Source of the DNA: Halothiobacillaceae bacterium UBA5861
GTDB lineage: Bacteria; Pseudomonadota; Gammaproteobacteria; UBA5861
Assembly: GCA_002432635.1 (NCBI GenBank)
Contig: DJFX01000043.1
Span: forward strand, 90,173 to 154,172
Length of the DNA: 64,000 nt
Reading direction: 5' to 3'
A program made the position numbers and the translations under genes. This document shows, in pieces, positions 28,114 through 38,535 of the stretch. Below the pieces are notes generated by a model. It made no database searches, was not told where the DNA came from, and saw only the letters and a program-made list of their open reading frames with translations. The first letter of the stretch is position 1; every line of letters starts with the position of its first letter.

Positions 28114-29422
28114 CAGCCAATAAGCCGAATTTCACGTCTTCTGCGCAGGGGTTTGGTAACCGGACGACATGGCCAGAGCCGGGCGCCACCTCAACTGGCT
28201 CGTTTTGCAGGTTGGTCATGCGAGTGAGCTGGAAGTTGTAGTTACCTGCGGGAGTCATCAGTTGTAAGTGCTCGCCGACGGTGAATCGGTTTTTGACATC
28301 GACGTCAATCATCCCGTGCTGGGAATCAACGCCGATGATTTCGCCAACAAACTTTTGTGCGTTGTTTTGTGAAGCGCCTTGCTCGTAGTTTTGGTAGTCC
28401 TGTGGTACATGGCGGCGGAAAAAGCCTTCCGTGTAACCGCGGTTGGCAAGGCCATCCAGTGCCACCATGTGATCTTTGCTCCGGTCGACTCCGGCCAAGG
28501 CATCTTGTATGGCCTCTTTGTACGTTTGAGCCGTTTTGGCCACATAGTAGTGTGATTTTGTCCGACCTTCTATTTTTAGAGAATCGATGCCCATTTTTGT
28601 CAAACGGTTGATGTGTTGTACCGCGCGCAGATCTTTCGAGTTCATGATGTAGGTGCCGTGCTCATCTTCAAAGATGGGCATCTTCTCGCCTGGTCGGTTT
28701 TGCTCTTCCAACAAAAAGACTTTTCCCTTGGGGTCAAAGGTTTGTACGCCATTGACCGGTGTCTCGACAATATCACCTGTTTCATTTTCACTGGCTTCGG
28801 TAACGTCATATTTCCACCGGCAGGCATTGGTACAAGTGCCTTGGTTGGGGTCCCTGTGATTCATGTAACCTGACAGCAAGCAACGGCCGGAGTAGGCGAT
28901 ACACAAGGCGCCATGAACAAATACCTCAAGCTCCATGTCTGGGCAGCTCTGGCGGATATGTTCTACTTCATCGAGAGAGAGCTCTCGGGATAGGATAATG
29001 CGCTTCACACCAACGGACTGCCAGAATTTAACGGCGGCAGAATTGGTGGTGTTTGCCTGTACGGAGAGATGGATAGGTGTGTCGGGCCAGTGCTCCCTTA
29101 CCATCATGATGAGCCCAGGGTCTGACATAATCAGTGCGTCGGGCCCAAGATCAATCACGGGCGCCATGTCTTTCAGATAGGTTTTAACTTTACTATCGTG
29201 TGGTAACAGGTTACTGGCTACAAAGAATTTTTTCCCCAACTTATGCGTATAGTCTATCCCGGCTTTTAAGTTTTCCAGTGAGAAGTCATTGTTCCGGGCG
29301 CGCAGGCTATAGCGTGGCTGCCCGGCGTAGACGGCATCAGCACCGTAAGCCAGGGCAAATTTCATATTCCTGAGGGTTCCCGCCGGGGATAGCAGTTCGG
29401 GCGCTTTTAATCCTGTTGTCAT
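28103..29422 (-). CDS. trhP: Peptidase U32 family protein, YegQ/TrhP-like (tRNA 5-hydroxyuridine synthesis)
   Basis: 439 aa, colinear by eye with E. coli YegQ (ELLSPAGTL.NM..A..YGADAVYAGQPRYSLR.RNN.F, CRWKY, MNSKDLRA). Confidence 0.8.
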   Translation of the reverse strand: MTTGLKAPELLSPAGTLRNMKFALAYGADAVYAGQPRYSLRARNNDFSLENLKAGIDYTHKLGKKFFVASNLLPHDSKVKTYLKDMAPVIDLGPDALIMSDPGLIMMVREHWPDTPIHLSVQANTTNSAAVKFWQSVGVKRIILSRELSLDEVEHIRQSCPDMELEVFVHGALCIAYSGRCLLSGYMNHRDPNQGTCTNACRWKYDVTEASENETGDIVETPVNGVQTFDPKGKVFLLEEQNRPGEKMPIFEDEHGTYIMNSKDLRAVQHINRLTKMGIDSLKIEGRTKSHYYVAKTAQTYKEAIQDALAGVDRSKDHMVALDGLANRGYTEGFFRRHVPQDYQNYEQGASQNNAQKFVGEIIGVDSQHGMIDVDVKNRFTVGEHLQLMTPAGNYNFQLTRMTNLQNEPVEVAPGSGHVVRLPNPCAEDVKFGLLAVNL

Positions 29423-29478
29423 GGTCTCTCAAAATAGGGTTGGTGGGGTGGGTGCCTTGAGTGCACCCACCTGGGAAT

Positions 29479-30255
29479 TTACTCACCCAGTTTGCGTTCC
29501 CCTGTGTAGGGGATCTGTTCCTCAATGGCATTCCACATGTAATTGCCGGAGGGCATGGCTTTTTCTTCAGCAAAGTGTCCTACCAAGCCGGCCGCTCTGG
29601 AAATGACAGCAACGCCCCGCATGATATCCCAAGGTATTCCGATTTCACAGAGCACGGCACCAATGGCACCTGTTGCGTTAATCGTGAGGTGGCGTCCCCA
29701 AGCTTCGTCTACCTTTCGTGAAAGGACTTTCATCGCGTCAATGTATTTGCCATCCACGCCGGCTTCCAGGGCGACCTCAAAGAGTTTGGGGGAGCGGGGA
29801 TCATCTGGAATGTGGATAGGGTGCCCAAAACCTGGAATGGGTTTTTTGGCGGTGCGGTATTCCTGGGCAATTTTTTCGGCCGCCGCTTCTACACCCAAGT
29901 CAGATTCGAGGATGGTGTAGAGATTTTTGGCGGCACCTTCCATCGTTCCCACAAAAGTACCGGCTACTCCTAAAAGACCTGCAGCGACAGCACTCTGGAT
30001 GGCGGTCGGGTCACTCATGGCAATCATGCGTGAAGCAATAGCGCTGGGTGTAAAGCCATGTTCCATGAGTGTGACGAGCACGGAATCGAGTACTTTTGTC
30101 TCGGTTTCTGTTGGCATCCGATTGAGTATGTGAAAGTAAATCATATCGGTAAAACTGATTTTACCGATCAATTCTTCGACCAAATCTTTGTCTCTAACGA
30201 GGATTTGATCGGCATTACAGGTTGCAATTTTAGTTTCAGGCTGACGTTTGGCCAT
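29479..30255 (-). CDS. Citrate synthase-like small protein (citryl-CoA lyase-like family)
   Basis: 258 aa with LVTLMEHGFTPS and GFGHPIH, resembling the citrate-synthase catalytic His region. It is on the same strand as trhP and 56 nt upstream of it. Confidence 0.65.
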   Translation of the reverse strand: MAKRQPETKIATCNADQILVRDKDLVEELIGKISFTDMIYFHILNRMPTETETKVLDSVLVTLMEHGFTPSAIASRMIAMSDPTAIQSAVAAGLLGVAGTFVGTMEGAAKNLYTILESDLGVEAAAEKIAQEYRTAKKPIPGFGHPIHIPDDPRSPKLFEVALEAGVDGKYIDAMKVLSRKVDEAWGRHLTINATGAIGAVLCEIGIPWDIMRGVAVISRAAGLVGHFAEEKAMPSGNYMWNAIEEQIPYTGERKLGE

Positions 30256-30401
30256 GATTCCCCCAATTTTTGGTCTGGTTTATTGATGTGATTACATGGC
30301 GCGTATTTTACATCAACGTAAATGAGCCTGCTGGCGTAAGTGAGATAAAGGCCTTGTGAGGGGACTGTTAAGGTGACTAGAATGCTTTATTCAAACTAGA
30401 A

Positions 30402-31196
30402 ATGGGGGGATTAATGGAGCAATTTATACATGCGGCGGGACATCGGGTGAATACCTTACAGATCGGCGAGGTCCGTGCCGATAAACCCACACTTGTTTTT
30501 ATTCACGGCGGGCTTGATTGCATTGCGATGTGGCGGGACTTTCCCTCTCAGGTGACAGAAATGACCGGTTTAGCTGCGATTGTTTACGAGCGCTGGGGGC
30601 ATGGAAAGTCTGATCCTCTTGTTGTGCCACGTGAGGGGGATCCCAGAGAAGACGAAGCAGGCGCCCCGTTGACCGATATTTTTAGGCACTTTGGGCTTAA
30701 AGACGTTGTGCTCATTGGCCACAGTTTTGGGGGAGCTGTCGCTTTACTGGCTGCCGCGAAGCACCCTGATACGGTACGTGGCGTGGTTGCCATGGCACCG
30801 CAATTAGTGATGCACCCACAGTGTATTGATGGGGTTGACCTTGCCGAGGCCGCATACAAATCGGGTAAGTTGCGAGAAAAACTTGTACCTTTTCACGGTG
30901 ACAATACCGATACACTTTTTTTTGATTGGGCCGGCCGGTCAAAAACCCGGGCTTTTCAGGAAAAAAGCTATGCCCGTGAGTTGGAGCAGATCCGCTGTCC
31001 GGTATTGGAAATTTTTGGTGAAAAAGATAACTATGGGTACAGGCCGAACCTGGAGCTTTCTCGGGAGTGCATCACCCGTCCTCTGTCTGTTTTGGAAATA
31101 CCCGAAGCCGGTCATTATCCCCACTTGGAAACACCGGAACATGTTTTGAAAGCCATCGAAGCTTTTGTGGGCGTCTTACCTGCAGCCTCAACTTAA
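30402..31196 (+). CDS. Alpha/beta hydrolase
   Basis: 264 aa with an HGG oxyanion region, the nucleophile elbow GHSFGG and a C-terminal GHYPH. Confidence 0.85.
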   Translation: MGGLMEQFIHAAGHRVNTLQIGEVRADKPTLVFIHGGLDCIAMWRDFPSQVTEMTGLAAIVYERWGHGKSDPLVVPREGDPREDEAGAPLTDIFRHFGLKDVVLIGHSFGGAVALLAAAKHPDTVRGVVAMAPQLVMHPQCIDGVDLAEAAYKSGKLREKLVPFHGDNTDTLFFDWAGRSKTRAFQEKSYARELEQIRCPVLEIFGEKDNYGYRPNLELSRECITRPLSVLEIPEAGHYPHLETPEHVLKAIEAFVGVLPAAST

Positions 31197-31204
31197 GGTC
31201 TCAA

Positions 31205-31235
31205 TCAAAACTGGCTGGTCATATTGACCAGCCAG
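31205..31235 (-). terminator. Rho-independent terminator downstream of the MCP gene
   Basis: Stem of 11 perfect bp, CTGGCTGGTCA-tat-TGACCAGCCAG. On the minus strand it is followed by UUUUGAUU. Confidence 0.7.
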
Positions 31236-31260
31236 CTAAGGTAACGTGCAGAGTTTACGA

Positions 31261-32898
31261 TTAGATTCTAAACTGGACAATCAGCTGTTTTAGTGCTTCA
31301 CCCTGCTGTGCCAGTTTTTCTGCCTCCAATGAGAGAGCTTCCTGGGTTTGGGAATCGTTTTCTGTTTGCTCGGTGACCTGGATAATTCGTGTATTGGCTT
31401 CTTGCACTGCGCTAAATTGCGTGGCGACCAGCTCAGATATCTGTTGGTTCATACTACTAATGCTTTCAATGGCATTGGAGATGTTTTGTAACGAATCACT
31501 GGTTTGCGCTGCTTGAGATAAGGTGTTTTCAGTATCGGAATGGCTGTTTTCCATGACAGCGGTTGCTTCTTTGGCGCCACTTTGCAACCGTTCAATCATT
31601 TGATTAATCTCTTGTGTCGATTCTTGTGTACGACTGGCCAGTGTGCGGACCTCATCGGCGACGACCGCGAAGCCACGGCCCTGTTCGCCTGCTCGGGCCG
31701 CTTCAATCGCCGCGTTGAGTGCAAGCAGGTTCGTTTGCTCGGCGATGCTGCCAATGACATCGATGACCGAACCAATATTTTCGCTTTCCTGTTGAAGCCG
31801 GTTGACAACATCGTGGGCTGCGTTAAAGTTTTTTGTCATGCTGTCAATGGCGCTGATGGTTTTCTGAACATTATGGTGGTTTTGGTGAGTCTCTTTTTGT
31901 GCAGCGGTGGCCATGCTCGCAGCTTGTTTGGCATTGTCCGCCACATGCTCGGCACGCTCGCTGATGCCATCGATGATATGCGCGACCTGAGACAGAGACG
32001 TTTTTTGTTTTGAGAATCCTGCCGACGAACTTGCCACAATGGCATTCAGGTTCTCTGAACTGCTTGTTAGCGTGTGGCTTGAGTGGCTGACTTCAGCAAT
32101 AGTATCTTGATTTTTTTCTATAAATTTGTTGAAAGCGCAAGATAGCTTGGAAATTTCATCATTGCCGCTGGTGGGCAATCGTTGTGTTAAGTCGCCATTC
32201 CCCTCTGCGATTTGTGCCATAGCTTGAGAAACGTGATTAACAGGCTGAGTAATGCTACGAGAGATCAGGATCAGTGGGATACTCAGAAGCCCCCCTGCGA
32301 TGAGCATGACGCCGACAATTGCAAATAGGTAGCTGGCATGTTGTGCATTTAAGTCATCAATCCAGACGCCGGTCATAACCGCCCAGTTTTTGTAACCCAT
32401 CGTCTCGGCGTAGGACAGTTTTTCCAAGTGCTTTTCACTGCCCGGTTTCTGCCAGAAATAGTCGACGACCGCTTGGCCTTCCCGAGACAGCTGCCCAATA
32501 ATGTCTTTAACAAACAATTTGCCGTTAATATCTTTTAGTTGCGTGAGTGATTGGCCAACTAGTGCGGGTTGGTGAGGGTGTTGCAGAACGAGGCCATCCG
32601 TTGTTAGAACGGTCAGGTAGGCATCCTGGTTGCCACGGATGCTATTGAGTATGGACAATGCGCGTGTTTCTGCTTCTTCGCGGGTGAGTTTGCCAGTTTG
32701 GATTTGTTCTTCATGATATTTGACAGTGCTTTTAGCCGCGTTAATCAGTTCAGCCAATTGATGTTTTTTGTTCACAAGCTGGCGTGCTTTTATATCGTAC
32801 GCCACGTAGATCGAGACAGTCAGTAAAGCCGTCAGCGTTAAAACCAGCATGGACCATAAACGAAAGTTGATCGGTACTTTGCGCAATAAAGTGATCAC
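31261..32898 (-). CDS. Methyl-accepting chemotaxis protein (single-Cache-type periplasmic sensor, HAMP, MA domain)
   Basis: 545 aa with two TM segments flanking a Cache_2-like domain and the conserved signalling hairpin ([32 protein letters not shown]). Confidence 0.92.
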   Translation of the reverse strand: MITLLRKVPINFRLWSMLVLTLTALLTVSIYVAYDIKARQLVNKKHQLAELINAAKSTVKYHEEQIQTGKLTREEAETRALSILNSIRGNQDAYLTVLTTDGLVLQHPHQPALVGQSLTQLKDINGKLFVKDIIGQLSREGQAVVDYFWQKPGSEKHLEKLSYAETMGYKNWAVMTGVWIDDLNAQHASYLFAIVGVMLIAGGLLSIPLILISRSITQPVNHVSQAMAQIAEGNGDLTQRLPTSGNDEISKLSCAFNKFIEKNQDTIAEVSHSSHTLTSSSENLNAIVASSSAGFSKQKTSLSQVAHIIDGISERAEHVADNAKQAASMATAAQKETHQNHHNVQKTISAIDSMTKNFNAAHDVVNRLQQESENIGSVIDVIGSIAEQTNLLALNAAIEAARAGEQGRGFAVVADEVRTLASRTQESTQEINQMIERLQSGAKEATAVMENSHSDTENTLSQAAQTSDSLQNISNAIESISSMNQQISELVATQFSAVQEANTRIIQVTEQTENDSQTQEALSLEAEKLAQQGEALKQLIVQFRI

Positions 32899-33019
32899 GG
32901 TAAGTTAACTCCCTATAATTAAGCCGTGTTAAGTAATGATTAACACTCATTCCTGTGTCGCGTCTGCCTGGCTGAAACCAATACGTTCCGGAAAGCATTG
33001 AACGGTTAGCGGCAGGTTG

Positions 33020-34045
33020 TCAGTTTTCTTTTACAGGCATAGATTGGCTAAGCTTGAGAACAGCTTCGGGGGAGATTTTTTTGAGGCAGTCTGTATGCCC
33101 CAGCGGGCAGATGCGCTTAAAGCATGGGCTACAGTTCAGGTTCAAGTAAGCGAGACTTGCCTGGGTTGTGAGCGGGGGCGTCATTTGAGGGCTGGACGAC
33201 CCATAAATGGCAACAAGTGGGGTATTGACGGCTGCTGCGATGTGCATCAAGCCAGAGTCATTGCAGATGGCCTGTTGGCAGCCCGCCAGCAAATCAATGA
33301 CATCGGTGAGTGACGTTTGGCCACACAAATTATGAATGTGCGGACTTTCGACATGACGAATAATTTGCTCGCCTGTTGGGGCATCTTTTTGGGACCCTAA
33401 AATCCAAACACTTTGCCCCGATGCCAGTAACTTGTGAGCAAGCTGAGCGAAGTACTCGGAAGGCCACTGCTTGGCCGGGCCATATTCTGCACCGGGCATG
33501 AACGCAACAGCGGGACGGTCTGTTTGTAACTTGAGCCGTTCACATTGTTTTTTTTGATTAGCCCGGTCAACCTTGAGTTGAGGGAAGGGTATTTCCGGCG
33601 CCTGAGTTTCAGCTTTGAGGTGGGCCAGCGCCACGAACTTTTGTACGGTTTGTGGCAGGCGGCTTTTATCCAGTGAATAAATGTTATTGAGTAAGCCGTA
33701 GCGGAATTCGCCTCGATACCCCGTGCGTTGCTTGGCATTGGCGAAAAAAGGCACCAGCGCAGACTTCATTGACCGAGGCAAAACGATCGCTTCATCATAG
33801 TGATGCTGCTTTAGGCGTCGGCCAATTTTATACCGTTCACACAGCCTCAGTTTGCCATGGCCAATGGGCAGAGCAATACCCTGGTTCACTTCGGGCATGC
33901 GGGCAATTACGGGTAAGGACCAAGACGGTGCCAGCACGTCAATAATGGCATTTGGGGCTTGTTGTTTGAGTGTCATAAACAGGCTTTGAGCCATGACCAT
34001 GTCACCCACCCATGAGGGGCCCACAACCAGTATTTTACGTGACAT
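33020..34045 (-). CDS. waaF: ADP-heptose:LPS heptosyltransferase II
   Basis: 341 aa, GT9, starting ILVVGPSWVGDMVMAQ, with CNDSGLMHIAAA. It is adjacent to hldD and hldE. Confidence 0.85.
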   Translation of the reverse strand: MSRKILVVGPSWVGDMVMAQSLFMTLKQQAPNAIIDVLAPSWSLPVIARMPEVNQGIALPIGHGKLRLCERYKIGRRLKQHHYDEAIVLPRSMKSALVPFFANAKQRTGYRGEFRYGLLNNIYSLDKSRLPQTVQKFVALAHLKAETQAPEIPFPQLKVDRANQKKQCERLKLQTDRPAVAFMPGAEYGPAKQWPSEYFAQLAHKLLASGQSVWILGSQKDAPTGEQIIRHVESPHIHNLCGQTSLTDVIDLLAGCQQAICNDSGLMHIAAAVNTPLVAIYGSSSPQMTPPLTTQASLAYLNLNCSPCFKRICPLGHTDCLKKISPEAVLKLSQSMPVKEN

Positions 34046-34051
34046 CAGGAC

Positions 34052-35002
34052 CTAGTCAGGAGTGTTCAGTATCGAGAGATACCGTTGGACCCCTTGCTCC
34101 AGTGAGGTGAATTCGTGGCTGTATCCTATGCTTCGCAGTGCTGACATATCCGCTTGAGTGAAACTCTGATAGCTGCCTTTGAGGTGTGAAGGGAAGGGGA
34201 TGTACTCAATGCTTCCCCGTCCGTGAAACTTTAGAACAGCCTCTGCGACGGCATTGAATGAACGTGCTTGTCCGGTGCCGAGATTAAAAATGCCACGGCA
34301 CTGGGGGTTCTGCATAAACCACAGGTTCACGGAGGCGATATCTTCTACGTAGATAAAGTCACGCACCTGCTCGCCATCGCCATAGTTATCACACCCTTCA
34401 AACAGGCGCACGGTATCGCTTTCAAGCAGCTGGTTGTTTAAGTGAAACGCCACGCTGGCCATACTGCCTTTATGCTGCTCTCGGGGGCCGTAGACGTTAA
34501 AGTACCGCAGGCCTACGACCTGGGTTCTCAACTGACCCATCCGTCGGCGCAGGTACTGATCAAACAAGAACTTTGAGTAGCCATACACATTGATGGGCTT
34601 TTCGTAAAGACGCTGCTCTTTAAATGTGCTGCTTTTGCCGTACACGGCGGCGGAGGAGGCGTAGATAAATGGAATGTTGCCAGCTTCGCAAAAGTTCAAG
34701 AGGTCTTTCGAGTAGTCGTAATTGATCTTCATCATGTACCGGCCGTCCCACTCGGTTGTGGTGGAGCAGGCACCTTGATGGAACAAGGCTTTGATGCTCT
34801 CCCCCTTAAAGGCACCGGAGCGAACACGTTGTTGAAAGTCTTCGTAGTCCAGGTAGTCAGCAATTTCGAGGTCGGCGAGATTGTGGAATTTGTGACCATT
34901 CGTTAAGTCATCCACAGCGAGTATATTATCAAAACCCTGCTGGTTTAAGGCCTGGATGATGTTGCTGCCGATGAACCCGGCACCACCTGTGACGATGATC
35001 AT
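34052..35002 (-). CDS. hldD: ADP-L-glycero-D-manno-heptose 6-epimerase
   Basis: 316 aa with [19 protein letters not shown] and the RYFNVYGP motifs. Confidence 0.93.
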   Translation of the reverse strand: MIIVTGGAGFIGSNIIQALNQQGFDNILAVDDLTNGHKFHNLADLEIADYLDYEDFQQRVRSGAFKGESIKALFHQGACSTTTEWDGRYMMKINYDYSKDLLNFCEAGNIPFIYASSAAVYGKSSTFKEQRLYEKPINVYGYSKFLFDQYLRRRMGQLRTQVVGLRYFNVYGPREQHKGSMASVAFHLNNQLLESDTVRLFEGCDNYGDGEQVRDFIYVEDIASVNLWFMQNPQCRGIFNLGTGQARSFNAVAEAVLKFHGRGSIEYIPFPSHLKGSYQSFTQADMSALRSIGYSHEFTSLEQGVQRYLSILNTPD

Positions 35003-36477
35003 GCGTTTCCTTCTTTAATCCGGTTAATGATGCGCGTTGTTGAACAACCTTCTCGCAAGTCGATGATAGCAATATTACCACCGGCTCGCGTGACCTGTTG
35101 AGCACCAGCAATTTGATCTGCTGTATAGTCACCGCCCTTGACCAGTGTGTCTGGTAGTACCTCTGTAATGAGTTGTTCCGGTGTTTCCTCGTGAAAGGGG
35201 ACGACCCAGTCAATACTTGATAAACCGGCCAGCACACTCATGCGCTCTTCAAGGTGGTTGACCGGGCGACTGGGACCTTTGAGCTGTTTTACGGAGTGGT
35301 CGCTGTTGACGGCGACAATCAACCGGTCACCGAGCTCCCTGGCCTTTTTTAGATACTCTACGTGCCCGGCGTGCAAAATATCAAAACAACCATTGGTCAT
35401 GACGATACGTTCACCACTTTGACGAGCTTTGGCAACCAGATCAAGCAAGGTTGGTTTGTCGACAACACCTCGGTCCAGGGGGGCTAAAGACAGTGTTGCC
35501 GCTTGCAATTCTTGTGGGGCGACGGTGGCCGTGCCAAGCTTACCTACAGCGACGCCGGCAGCCAGGTTGGCCAGTTCAATGGCATGCATGTAATCACATC
35601 CAGTCGCCAGTGCCGTGGCAACCGTGGCGATGACCGTATCACCCGCGCCGGTCACATCATATACTTCACGGGCATGTGTAGGGAGGTGAACCGGAGGCTG
35701 GTTTTTACGCAAGAGACTCATGCCTTTTTCACTGCGAGTGATCAGCAGTGCCTCCAAATGGAGTTCGTGGAGGAGTGTTAATCCCTTAGCCTCCAGAATA
35801 CTGTTGTTAGGGCAAGGACCAACAACGGCTTCAAACTCAGACATATTGGGGGTAATCAAGGTTGCGCCGTGGTAGCGAGAAAAGTCTGTCCCTTTGGGGT
35901 CGATTAACACAGGAACCTTGTGCTGATTGGCGAGTTTGATCAGTGGTTGGGGGTCGTTTAAAGCGCCTTTGCCATAGTCAGACAGAATTAATGCGTCGGC
36001 CTGGTTCAGGGCGGCTTGAGTTGTATTAACTATGGCGTTGCTATCCGCATGGATAAAACCATCTTCAAAGTCTAAGCGGATAAGCTGTTGTTGTCGGCTG
36101 ATAACGCGTAATTTCGTAATGGTATCGCTGCCTTCAACGGTGATGAACTCGCAATGCACACCTTTCGGCTTAAAGATCGCTTCAAGCCGGGCGCAAGCGT
36201 CGTCCTTGCCCGTCAAACCAATGACTGTGGCTTGTGCACCAAGGTCGGCAACATTGAGTGCGACATTGCCGGCACCGCCTGGCCTGTCTTCGCTGACGTT
36301 GATTTTGACAACTGGCACAGGGGCTTCCGGCGAGATCCGAGTGGTGTTGCCATGCCAGAAGCGGTCGAGCATAAGGTCGCCGGCAATCAGCACGCGGGCA
36401 TGAGAAAAGTCAGGAATGGTCAAATGGGACATGTGCTTTTGTGTAACGGTTGATAAGCGGTTGATTATATCAGTCAA
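34999..36477 (-). CDS. hldE: Bifunctional D-beta-D-heptose 7-phosphate kinase / D-beta-D-heptose 1-phosphate adenylyltransferase
   Basis: An N-terminal ribokinase-like domain and a C-terminal cytidylyltransferase domain ([12 protein letters not shown]). The true start is probably the ATG at 36432 (MSHLTIPDF). The stop overlaps the hldD ATG (ATGA). Confidence 0.92.
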   Translation of the reverse strand: MTDIINRLSTVTQKHMSHLTIPDFSHARVLIAGDLMLDRFWHGNTTRISPEAPVPVVKINVSEDRPGGAGNVALNVADLGAQATVIGLTGKDDACARLEAIFKPKGVHCEFITVEGSDTITKLRVISRQQQLIRLDFEDGFIHADSNAIVNTTQAALNQADALILSDYGKGALNDPQPLIKLANQHKVPVLIDPKGTDFSRYHGATLITPNMSEFEAVVGPCPNNSILEAKGLTLLHELHLEALLITRSEKGMSLLRKNQPPVHLPTHAREVYDVTGAGDTVIATVATALATGCDYMHAIELANLAAGVAVGKLGTATVAPQELQAATLSLAPLDRGVVDKPTLLDLVAKARQSGERIVMTNGCFDILHAGHVEYLKKARELGDRLIVAVNSDHSVKQLKGPSRPVNHLEERMSVLAGLSSIDWVVPFHEETPEQLITEVLPDTLVKGGDYTADQIAGAQQVTRAGGNIAIIDLREGCSTTRIINRIKEGNA

Positions 36478-36539
36478 TCTGTGCAGTGATGCGTTGAATC
36501 ACGCCCAACGGTCCGGGTTTTCACCGCAAGCGTTCGCCT

Positions 36540-37487
36540 TTATTTCAGTCGATTGAAATTTTTGGAGGCAAATAAGTGCCGACCACCAAAGAGTGTGTTT
36601 TCAACCCATGTCAGCAGTCGGTATTTGAATTTGTCGTGCTTGTGTTTGACAGGTGGGTGCCCATCAGGGCGTTTTTCATAGAGGTGATCCTGCCAGTCCA
36701 TGTTGGCGATCGCTTTTTGCATGACCGCCGGATGGGTTTGATTAAAGCGGGGAATATTCTCTAAAGGGCCATAGTCGAACTGGTTGGACTCTCTGGCCTG
36801 TTGTGCTTGTGCTGCATCAGCTCCCCGGTGGTTCGTGCTGAAATAGATGCGCTTTTTCTGCATGGCTTGAGGAGGCCTGACCCACCCATAATGGAAAATA
36901 CGCGCACCAGAATGTACGCAGTTCAGCTTGTAGGTTCCTTCTTTTTTCCGGTAGGAGATGCCGTCAAAATCGGGTATGCGACGAAAACTTTGCGCGGAGC
37001 GAAAGGAGTGTATGTCTGGCCGGTTTCTGATTAAACGAATTTCCTGCTTGTACCAGGCATGTGAGTTATGAGCATGGGCGTAGTCACCCCAAAAGTGTAA
37101 ATAGTCAAACAGCATACCTTCGACGCGTTCATCATCCAGATAGCGTTCGCAATTATGGTAGAGGGTTTCAAGGTCCTCTTCGTGGAGGACTTCATCACCC
37201 TGCAGATAGAGCAGCCAGTCGCCGCTACATCGGGCTTTGGCGAGATCGGTTTGGTGGGCATGTTCGGTGCCCTGCGGGTATTTCTCCAGATCCCAAACGG
37301 TATCAAATAAAACCAGCTTCGGTTCATTCAGTGCTTCGAACTGCTCGCGCGTTGTGTCATCAGGATCGGAGTTGCCCAGTGCGATGACAAATTCATCTAC
37401 GAGTGGGAGGGCACTTTGAACAGACTCAACAATGGGGTAATAGAGTTTGCTGCCATTGCGCAAAAAAGAAAAAGCGCTGATTTTCAT
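36540..37487 (-). CDS. Glycosyltransferase (family 2-like), LPS core cluster
   Basis: 315 aa with an N-terminal GT-A-like fold signature (ISAFSFLRNG...DEFVIALGNSDDDT, QGDE). The call also rests on its position between hldE and GT9/GT4 genes. Confidence 0.6.
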   Translation of the reverse strand: MKISAFSFLRNGSKLYYPIVESVQSALPLVDEFVIALGNSDPDDTTREQFEALNEPKLVLFDTVWDLEKYPQGTEHAHQTDLAKARCSGDWLLYLQGDEVLHEEDLETLYHNCERYLDDERVEGMLFDYLHFWGDYAHAHNSHAWYKQEIRLIRNRPDIHSFRSAQSFRRIPDFDGISYRKKEGTYKLNCVHSGARIFHYGWVRPPQAMQKKRIYFSTNHRGADAAQAQQARESNQFDYGPLENIPRFNQTHPAVMQKAIANMDWQDHLYEKRPDGHPPVKHKHDKFKYRLLTWVENTLFGGRHLFASKNFNRLK

Positions 37488-37527
37488 GGAATGTGCCGAT
37501 CCTGTCGTGGAGTGTCTAGAGAGTGCG

Positions 37528-38535
37528 TCAGTTTAACGTATTTGCCGGCGGAATGTTGTTGTCGAGCAGTTCGAGCGCGAGGGTTTTCACCGTCTCGACC
37601 GGAATAGTGTGTATCGCCTCGCCCACGCTACTGGTGATGGTGCGGGCATGTTCGTGAGGGTTAAACCACTCGGCGATACGTGCTTCCACGTCACCGTCCG
37701 CATTACTAAAAATGCCAATAAACGGGCGCATGAGCATTTGTGCGATATGGGCGGGTCCGCAATCGTTGGCAATACACAGGTGAGCGCTTGCCATTGCCCG
37801 GCTGCAGTTTTCCACGCTTTCATTCATATAGATGTCGCAATGTAATGCAAGTGGTGATGCGTTGATGACCGGCACATAGTCGGCCTCATCACTGCCCAGG
37901 ATGAAGATAAAACCGATATCCTCACGGTGCTGTTTGAGTGCGTGAGCCAATTGCAGGTAGTTTTCGATGCCCCAGCGCTTGAATTCACCTGCTCCCCCTC
38001 CAGGAAGCAAACAAATGGTGGTGGTGAATTGTTCAGGTTGCCGTTCCGCGCGGCGTTGAGTGTGTAGGAAAAAGTCTGGCAAAGGGAGGGGCGGTTGCAG
38101 TGTTTTTAACAGGTTGAGGTAGTTTAAGCCCCGATATATCTGGGTATTGCGCGGGACAGTATGTGAATAAAAAAAGTGGCTGCCCGGTGACTGGTACCCC
38201 AGCCGAATTGGGGCTCCGCTCATACCGATTGCCAGGTTAAGCCAGCTGGATTGGGGGCGCAAAGAAACGATCACATCGGGACGGAGGGACCTGAGCATTC
38301 GGGTCATACGGATGAGGCTGGTCTGGTAGTATTCGATGTGATCAACGATTCCGGACTGCACAAAAGCGCTGTTTAGCTTAAAAGGTGAAAATAGAATAAC
38401 CGTGTTGTCGTGCGAGTCATCACTACCCCATTTTTTTAAGTTGTGTAGCAGAGGGAGATGTAACAACTGTGTGCCGAAGAAGGCACGGTTTTGTGCAAAG
38501 ACAACGACTTTCAAGCGTGTTCCTGGGGCCGTCAT
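37528..38535 (-). CDS. Glycosyltransferase family 9 (heptosyltransferase-like)
   Basis: 335 aa with LLPGGGAGEFKRW and the NDCGPAHIA motifs typical of GT9. Confidence 0.75.
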   Translation of the reverse strand: MTAPGTRLKVVVFAQNRAFFGTQLLHLPLLHNLKKWGSDDSHDNTVILFSPFKLNSAFVQSGIVDHIEYYQTSLIRMTRMLRSLRPDVIVSLRPQSSWLNLAIGMSGAPIRLGYQSPGSHFFYSHTVPRNTQIYRGLNYLNLLKTLQPPLPLPDFFLHTQRRAERQPEQFTTTICLLPGGGAGEFKRWGIENYLQLAHALKQHREDIGFIFILGSDEADYVPVINASPLALHCDIYMNESVENCSRAMASAHLCIANDCGPAHIAQMLMRPFIGIFSNADGDVEARIAEWFNPHEHARTITSSVGEAIHTIPVETVKTLALELLDNNIPPANTLN

